From the NCBI GenBank assembly GCA_965243135.1, contig OZ251539.1, positions 4,960,001-5,024,000 on the forward strand: a DNA stretch of 64,000 bases. The letters run 5' to 3'. The position numbers and the translations under genes are program-made. Origin of the DNA: Alphaproteobacteria bacterium (lineage in GTDB: Bacteria > Pseudomonadota > Alphaproteobacteria > MPNO01 > UBA830). Below are positions 26,001-35,000 of the stretch, one piece after another; position 1 is the stretch's first letter, and each line of letters begins with the position of its first letter. The notes beneath the pieces are model-generated. The model did not search any database. It was not told the origin of the DNA and worked only from the letters and a program-made list of their open reading frames with translations.

Positions 26001-29000
26001 GTCAGCGTCGCCGGGATCGACAGCGCGAAGTCCCCGTCCGCCGCGTTCGTGCCGGCCGCCGCCGACACCGTCAGCGTCACCGCTTCGCTCGACGCCCGGT
26101 TCAGGGTCGCCGTCACCGCGCTCGCGTTGCCTTCGCCGCTCTCCGCGATCGTGTCCGGCTTCGACGGATCCGGCTCGGACAACGCCAGCGTCGCCGTCGG
26201 CGTGTCTTCGTCGTCGGTCAGCGTCAGCGCCGCCCCGGTCACCGACCCCGCGCCCTGGTCGTTGGACGCCGTCGCCGTCACCGTGACGCTTCGGTCGCCC
26301 ACGTTGTCAATGTCGTCGTCCACCGCCTCGATCGTCGCCGTGTCCGAAGCGCTCGTCGTCTCCCCCGCCGCGATCACGATCGCCGCGTCCGGACCCGCCG
26401 CGTAGAAACCCGCAACCGCCGTCACCGTGATCGTGGTTTCCGCGCTCGATGCATGGCTCAGCGTCGCCGTCACCGTCGTAGCGCCGCCGTTCTCGTCGAT
26501 GGCGGCGTTCGCCAGCGCCAGCGTCACCGTCGGCGGATCGTCGTCGTCCGCGATGGTCAGGGTCACGGCGGCCGGATCCAACACGCCGCTGGCGCCCGAT
26601 ACCGCAGCCGAAACGGTCACGGATTTGTCCGGCGAGTCCGCATCATCGTCGTTCGCCGTTACCGTAACCACGCCCGCGCTCGCCGTCTCTCCCGCCGCGA
26701 CGGTCAGCGTCGCCGGGCTCGACAGCGCGAGGTCCCCGTCCGCCGCGTTCGTCCCCGCCGACACCGTCAGCGTCACCGCTTCGCTCGACTTGCCGCTCAG
26801 CGCCGCCGTCACCGTCGAAACTCCGCCGTTCTCGCCAATCGTGTCCGGCTTCGACGGATCCGCCTGCGACAGCTTCAGCGTCGCCGTCGGCGTCGCCTCG
26901 TCGTCCGTCAGCGTGAGACTCGCCCCGGTCACGGCCATGGTCCGAGACTCTCCCGGCAGACCAGGACGCGGCCGACGCTGGCGGTCGAGGCCCGCCCCGG
27001 TCACGGCCACGGCCTCGCCGACGGCCTGGTCGTTCGCCGCGGTTCCCGACACCGTGACCGCCCTGTCGCCCACGTTGTCCACGTCGTCGTCCACCGCCTC
27101 GATCGTCGCCGTGTCCGAAGCGCTCGCCGTCTCCCCCGCCGCGATCACGATCGTCGCGTCCGGACTCGCCGCGTAGAAGCCCGGCATCCCGGTCACCGTC
27201 ACCGTCGTCGCCGCGCTCGACGGGTGGCTCAGCGTCGCGCTCACCGCGGTCGCGCCGCCGTTCTCGTCGATGGCGGCATCCGCCAGCGCCAGCGTCACCG
27301 TCGGCGCGTTTTCGTCGTCCTCGATGGTCAGGGTCAGGGCGGTCGGGTTCGACACCCCGCTGGCGCCAGATACCGTGGCCGAGATCGTCACGAACCTGTC
27401 CGGCTCGTCCTTCGCGTTGTCCGCTGCCGTCACCGTCACGACGCCCGCGCTCGCCGTCTCTCCCGCCGCGACGGTCAGCGTCGCCGGGCTCGACAGCGCG
27501 AAGTCCCCGTCCGCCGCGTTCGTGCCGGCCGTCGCCGCCACCGTCAGCGTTACCGCTTCGCTCGACGCCCGGTCCAGGGTCGCCGTCACCGCGCTCGCGT
27601 TGCCTTCGCCGCTCTCCGCGATCGTGTCCGGCTGCGACGGATCCGGCTCCGACAACGCCAGCGTCGCCGTCGGCGTCGCCTCGTCGTCCGTCAGCGTGAG
27701 ACTCGCCCCGGTTACGGACACCGCGCCTTGGTCGTTGGACGCCGTCGCCGTCACCGTGACGCTTCGGTCGCCCACGTTGTCCACGTCGTCGTCCACCGCT
27801 TCGATCGTCGCCGTGTCCGAAGCGTGCGCCGTCTCCCCCGCCGCGATCACGATCGTTGCGTCCGGACCCGCTGCGTAGAACCCCGCAACCGCCGTCACCG
27901 TGATCGTGGTCTCCGCGCTCGACGCATGGCTCAGCGTCGCCGTCACCGTCGTAGCGCCGCCGTTCTCGTCGATGGCGGCATCCGCCAGCGCCAGCGTCAC
28001 CGTCGGCGCGTCGTCGTCGTCCGCGATGGTCAGCGTCAGGTCGGCCGGGCCGGTCACCAGAACGTCGTTGGCCGCGCTCCCGGACACGATGACGGTCTTG
28101 TCGTCTTCGTCTTTCGCGTTGTCCACCGCGGTGATCGTCACCGTTCCGATGCTTGCCGTCTCCCCCGCCGCGATGGTCAGCGTCGCCGGGATCGACAGCG
28201 CGAAGTCTCCGTCCGCCGCGTTCGTTCCCGCAGCTGCCGCTACCGTCAGCGTCGTGTCCGCGCTCGAGGCCTTGTCCAGCGCCGCCGTCACAGTCGCCGA
28301 GCCGGGGTTCGTCCCGTCGTGCTCGTCGATGGTCGAGGCCGAGAGGACCAGCGTCGCCGCCGGAGGCTCGACCACGGCCGCGAAGAAACTCAGCGACGCT
28401 TCGTCGCCGTCCGCGTCGGTGGCCGTCCAGGTGTATTCAGTCCGCGTCCGCGCCGCGGTGGGCGTGCCGGAAACCTCGCGCGTCGCCGCGTCGCGGACCA
28501 CGCCGTCCGGAAGGCCCGTATGCGGCGCGGCCGCCGACAACGCATAGATCACCCTGCCGTCGCCGCCCGTCGCCTCGGGCAGGGTGAAAGACTCTATCTC
28601 CTTGCCCTTCGTCCACGTCGCGTCGGCGACGGTCTCGTCGCCGAAAGTGGGGATGCCGTCCACCGCCATGGTGAAGGTCAGCTCCGCCTTGTCGCCGTCC
28701 GCGTCGGTCGCCGTCCAGGTGTACGTGGCCGCGGCCCGCGCCGCGGTGGGCGTTCCTGAAACCTCGCGCGTCGCCGCGTCGCGGCTCAGGCCCGGGGGCA
28801 GGGCCGGCGCCAGCGCGTAGGTCAGGTCGCCGTCGCCGCCGACAGCCTCCGGCAGGTTGAAGGCCGCGATTTCCTGGCGCTGCGTCCACGCCCGGTCATC
28901 GATGGTCGTGTCGCCGAAGCTCGGCAGCAGGTCCTCGTACACCTCCAGGTCGAAGGTGAGCTCCGCCTTGTCGCCGTCCCGGTCTACCGCCCGCCAAGTG

Positions 29001-32000
29001 TATTCGAGCGCCTCCCGGACCTCGGCCGGCGTGCCTTTCAGCACGCGCCCGTCGAGCTCGATGTCGGGGGGCAGATCCTCGGGCGAGATCTGGTGGATCA
29101 ACGGGCCGTTGCCGCCGGTGGCCTCGGGCAGGGTGACCTCGGCGACAAGCGCGCCCTGGAGCCAGGACAGGTCGTCGATGGTCTGGTCGCCGAAGCTCGG
29201 CGCGGTATCCTCGGCCACCGCGGCGTGGAAGGTAAGCGAGGCCTGATCGCCGTCGGCGTCCGTCGCTGTCCACGTGTATTGCGTCCGCGCCGCGTCCGCT
29301 TCCGGCGTGCCGCTCACCCGGCGGTCAGCCCGCGACAGCCCGTCCGGCAGCGCCGGCGAAAGCGTGTAGGTCAACGTCCCGTTGCCGCCGGTCGCCGCAG
29401 GCAGGTCGAAGGCGTCGATCTCGTCGTTCTCGATCCACTCCAGGTCGTCGACCGTCGCCTCGAAGCGCGGCGTCAGGTCGGGCGCGACCTGGATGGTGAA
29501 GTCGAGCGTCGCCGTGTCGTCGTCGGCGTCCGTCGCGGTAAGCCGGTAGCTGGCCGGGTTCGCGCTGACCGTCGGCGTGCCGCTGATCCTGCCGCCGCCG
29601 AACGCGCCGGTCGAAGAGGCGGAGTAGCTCAACCCGCGCGGCAGGCTCAAGGCGGTTGCCGACGTGCCCGGCCCGGTCAGCGCGTAGGCGAGCGTCCCGT
29701 CGCCGTCGGTCGCCGGCGGCAGCGTGAAGTCGACCGGCGCGCCCACCGTCCAGACCCGCGCCGGCACCACCGCCGCGCCGAAGGTCGGCGTCGGCAGCGC
29801 GGCGCCGCCGATCTTGAAACGGGCATCGTTCACGATGGCGTTGGAAAAGGCGAGCCGCGCCGGTTTGCCGCCCGGCCCCGTGATGCTGCCGCCTTCGAGG
29901 CGCAGCGCGGCGGCCCCGATGCTGACGCCGTCCGGGTCCCGGTCGCTGTGCCGCACCGTGTAATAGAAGTTCAGAGCCCTGCCCCTGTAGGAACTCAGAG
30001 GCCTGCCACCGTTATCGGACAGCGGCAGGCGGCGCGTGACGCTGCCGACCTGCAGCGCGATCGTCGGCGTGCCCGTCACCGTCACCGTCTTGTCGTAGTT
30101 GACGGAGATCTTGAACCGCTCGCCCGTGAGGAAGGTATCGTGGCGGGCCGATCCCGAGAGCTTCACTTCACCTGCCGCCGCCGGGTTGGAACTGCCGTCC
30201 ACCTTGAAGCGCGCGTCGTTCGTCATCGCGTGGCTGCCCAGGCCCAGCGCCGCCGCCCCCCCCAACCGGCTGCGCAGGGTTGCGCCGCTGGGGAGCGTCA
30301 AGGCGCCGGCGGCGATGGAGATGCCGTCGGCGTCCCGGTCGGACGGCCCCACCGTGTGAACGAACTCCAAAGCGGAGGTTGGGGCTAGCAGCCGGCCGTT
30401 CAGCCGGTGCGTGGCGTTGCCGATGGCGAGCGCCAGCTGCGGAGACCCGCCGCTCGCGACGATCGGGACGTCGAACTTGACCCGCACGCGTATCTCTTCC
30501 CCAAGGGTGAACGTCTGGTTGCTCCGCGGGACGAAGATCACGCTGACTCTGGTCACGCGCGGCGTCACGATGGCGCCGGTCACCTTGTGCGTGCCCTGGG
30601 CGTCCAGCGCGTGGCTGCCCAGGGCGAAATTCACCGGGTTGCCTTCCCGCCGCCGCAGGTTGCCGGTCAGCGCGTCCGCCGCGATGGAGATGCCGTCCGC
30701 GTCCCGGTCCGTGCTCTGGACCGTATATTCGTAATAGAGGCTGCGGGAGTGCTGGGGACCGAGCGAGATTTCGAGCGTGGCGTGGCGCGTGTTGTCGCCG
30801 ATGGTCAGCGCCAGGCGGGAAGACCCCGACCGATTGTTGACGAGCTCGCTGAACGTCACCTGCGCCCTGATCTTCTCGCCCGCGCCGTAGCCGGCGCTGT
30901 TCGCCGGCGTTGAGTTGATGGTGACGCCGGTCACCGTGGCGGCGCGTCCGTCCACCTTGTGCGACGCTTGGGCGCCCAGCGCGTGGCTGCCGAGATCGAT
31001 CCTGCCGTTGAGGACCTGGTTGAAGCCGCCGCCGATGCCGTAGGTGATCGCGCTATGGGAGTTCAGCGCCCTCGCGCCGATGGAAATTCCGTCGGGATCG
31101 TGGTCGGGATCCTGCACGGTGTAGCGGAAGTCCACGCTGCGGCCGCTCGAGGCGTGGTAGGATGCCGTCCGCGCCGTGCCGCCGATGGCGAGCGTCAGTT
31201 CCGGCCAGAAGTCCCTGCCCTGGAAGGTCGCCTTGCTGACCTGCACCGCCTTGCTGAACGTAACCCGCACGTCGATGGTCTGGCCGTGGTCGTACCAGCC
31301 GTCGCTCTGGAACGACCGGATGGAGACGCCCGTCACCGTCGGCGCCGCGGCGTTGGCGCCGTTCACCTTGTGCGCCGCTTGGGCGCCCAGCGCGTGGCTG
31401 CCGAGGCCGAGGCCCGCGTTGGTGCCGCCGACGTTGCGGATCGTCCCGCCGTTCAGGGTCAGCGCGCCGGCGGCGACGGACAGGCCATCGGGGTCGCTGT
31501 CCGCCGCCGCCACCACGTGACGGAAGATCTGCGTCGTCGGACTCGTTCCGGCGCGGTTCCAGGCCGCCTGCGCGGTCCCCGCGCCCAGGGCGAGCGCCAG
31601 GTTGGGCGTTCCCGAAACGCCCACCGCCTGATCGAAGCGCACCTCCACCTCGATGGTCTCGCCGTAGGAGTAGGTGTCGCCGCTTGCGGGCGTCGAGATC
31701 ACCCGGATTCCGGCCACCGCCGGGGCGCGCCCGACGCTGCCGTTCACCTTGTGCGCCGCTTGTGCGCCCAGCGCGTGGCTCCCCAGCCCCAGGATCGCGT
31801 TGTTCCCCGCCGCGTCGCGGATCAGCCCGCCGTTGAGGTCCAGCGCGTCCGCGGCGACCGCAACGCCGTCCGTATCCCGATCCTCCGCCTGCACGGTGTA
31901 GCGGAAGCGCAGCGTCCCGCCGGAAACGGAGAGGAACGACGCCTGACGCGTCGTCCCGCCGACGTCGAGCGCCAGCCGAGGGGCGCCCCGCACCGTCATT

Positions 32001-35000
32001 GCGCCCGTGCCCGCGCGCTCGAAGGCCACGTCCACCAGGATTTCCTCGCTGGCCCCGTAGGTATCACCCGAGAGCGGCGCGGAGGCGACGGCGACCCCGC
32101 TCGCCACCGGACGATTGCCTGCGACCTTAATGGTGAAGGCAAGCGTTTCGGCGTCGCCGTTGGAATCGGTCGCCGTCAGCGCGTAACCGGTTCGCGGACT
32201 CTCGACGCCGGGCGTGCCGGAGAGAACGCCGGTGGAGGCGTTCACGCCCAGCCCTGCAGGCAGCGCCGGCGAGACGGCGTAGCGCACCGGCGCATCGCCG
32301 CCCGTCGCGGTGGGCAGCGGTTGGGTCGCCGCCGTTCCGACGGTCAGGTCGAGATCGGGGCCGGCCGCAGTGCCGAAGTCCGGCCAGAGGCCGGTCCTGC
32401 TCCCGTCCACCTTGGCGTTGGCGAAGGCCGTCCGCGCGTGGCTCCCCAGGTCGAGCGCCGCGTTCTGGCCGTCGGCGTCGCGGATGGTCCCTCCGCCGAG
32501 CGTCAGCGCCCCGGCTGCGACGCCGAGCCCGTCGCTGTCCGAATCCCCCGCCGCCACCGTATAGGAGAAACGGACATAGGCGTTGCCCGCGCTCGCCGCC
32601 GTTCTGGCTTGGCGGATCCGGTCGCCGACGGCGAGCGCGAGCTGCGGAGCGCCCGTCACCGTCACAGTCTGATCGAAATCGACCTGGACGGTGACCGTCG
32701 CGCCCCTGGTGTAGGCACCGGCCTGCTGCGGCGTGGTATGGACGCTTACGCCGGTGACGCGCGGCGGGCTGCCTACCTGGTGGCCGGCGTCGTCGTCGAT
32801 GGCGTGGGACCCCAACCCGAGCGCCGCCCGGATCGAGTCGTCGGCCGCGTCGAAGATGCCGCCGCTGGCGGGGGGAGCGAGAGCGCCGGAGCCGACGCTC
32901 ACGCCGTCGGCGTCGTAATCGGCCTGCTGCACGGCGTACGAGAACACCAGATAGCCGTTTCGCGCGGCGGCGTAGCCCGCCTTCCGCGTCGCGCCGCCGA
33001 TGTCGAGGGCGAGGGTCGGGGCGCCGGTCACGGTCACCCCCTTGTCGAACTTGATCCCGACCTCGATGACGCTGCCGGGCGCGTACATTCGGTGCGCGGC
33101 CGGAGCGGAGAGGAACTTGACCTCCGAGACCTTCGGCGCATCGGCCGCGGCAACGGTGAGGGGAAAAGCCAGCGCCGTCGAATCGCCGTCGCCGTCGGTC
33201 GCCGTCCAGGTATGGGACGAACGCGCCGCCGCCGCCGGGGGCGTACCGGACAGCACGCGCGTCGCGCTGTCGAACGCCATCCAGGACGGGCGCTCCGTCG
33301 GCGCGAGCGCGTGGGAGACGGAGCCGTCTCCGGTCGCCGCCGGCAGGGTGAGCGAGGCCGCGGTCCCGGCCACCCAGTGCTGCGGCTGGATCGCGGCCGT
33401 TCCGAAGGAGGGCGCGGTGTCGCGCACCCGGTGGTTCGGGTCGTCGGCGATGGCGTGAGTTCCGAGGCCGAGCAGGGCGGTTTCGCCCTCCCTGTCGCGC
33501 AAGGTCGCGCCGGGGGCCAGGGTCAGCGCGCCGGCGGCGACGGAGATGCCGTCGCCGTCGAAGTCGGAAGGCTGCAGGGTGTACTGGAACCCGAGCACCG
33601 AGGAGGCGTCCCTGCCGAAGGCCCGCGCCATCTGCCGGCTCACGTAGGCGTCGTAGGCCGCCTGCCGGATCCGGCCGCCGATGGCGAGCGCGAGGCTCGG
33701 CCGGCCGCTGCCGTCGAAGACGACCGCCTGGTCGAACGCCACCGCCGCGGTCACGACGGCGGGCGCGAAGCGGTTGGTCGCAGTCTGCCGCGGGTCCGCC
33801 CAGCCGGCCGGGCGCCGGTTCCAGCAGCACGCCTGGTCGCTCGCGCCGAGCTTCGCCTCCACGACGCGGGGCGGCGTCGACACCTTGTGGCCGGCGGCGC
33901 CGACGACGGCGTGGGCGCCAAGGCCGAGCCGCGCGTCCTCGCCCTTGGCATTGCGAATGGAGCCGCCGTTCAGGGCGAGCGCGTTGGCGGCGATGGAAAT
34001 GCCGTCGGCGTCCCGATCGCTCGTCGCCACGGTATAGCTGAACGTGATCTTGCTCTGTCCCGAAACGTGGCTCCCCGCCGCCTGCCGGACTTCGCCGCCG
34101 ATGGTGAGCGCGAGGTTCGGCGCGCCCGCCACCGCGATCGTCTGGTCGAAGGTCGCGTCCACCGTGATCGTCTCGCCGGCCTTGTAGGCGTCGCCGGAGG
34201 CCGGGCTGGACGTGATGGCGACGCCGCTCACCACCGGGTCGGTCACCACCGAGAGAGCGAAGGTCTGCGTCGCCGCGTCGCCGTCGCCATCGGTAGCGGT
34301 GAGAGTGTAGGAGGCTGCGGCCGCGGCCGCGGCGGGCGCGCCGGAGAGCGTGCGAGCGGAGGCGTTCCACGAGAGGCCGTCGGGGAGCGAAAGCGTCTCG
34401 GCCGAACCCGGCCCGGTGAGTTTGTAGGACAGCGTCCCGTCGCCGCCGGTCGCCGCCGGCAGCCGGTCGCTCGCCCGCAGGTTCACGAGGTAGCGCCGGG
34501 CCGCGATCGTCCCCAGACTCGGTTTCGCGTCCCGCACCGTGCGTCCGAGACTGCGGAGGGCGAGGCCGCCAAGGCCGAGCGACGCGGCGACCGAGGCGTC
34601 GGCGGCGTCGACGATGCTGCCGCCGTTCAGCGTCAGCGCTCCCGAGCCGATGTCCAGCCCGTCGCCGTCGAAGTCCGACGGCGTCACGGCGTATTGGAAC
34701 GTAAGGCTGTTCGGAGAGCTAAGGCCGCGCGCATAGGCCGCCTGGCGGACGGCGCCGCCGATGTCGAGCGCGAGCCGCGGCGCGCCGGTTACGACGACGT
34801 TTTTCTCGAACGAAACCGTTGCCCGGATGACCTCGCCCGCCGCGTAGTCGCCGTCGAATCCCGGCGTCTCGGTCAGTTCCAGCCTCGTCGGCGCCGGCGC
34901 GTTGGCCGCGGCCACCGTGATGTCGAACGAAAGCCGCGCCGCGTCGCCGTCGCCGTCGGTCGCCGCCCAGCTGTAGGAGGCCGCTGCCGCGGCAGCGCCG

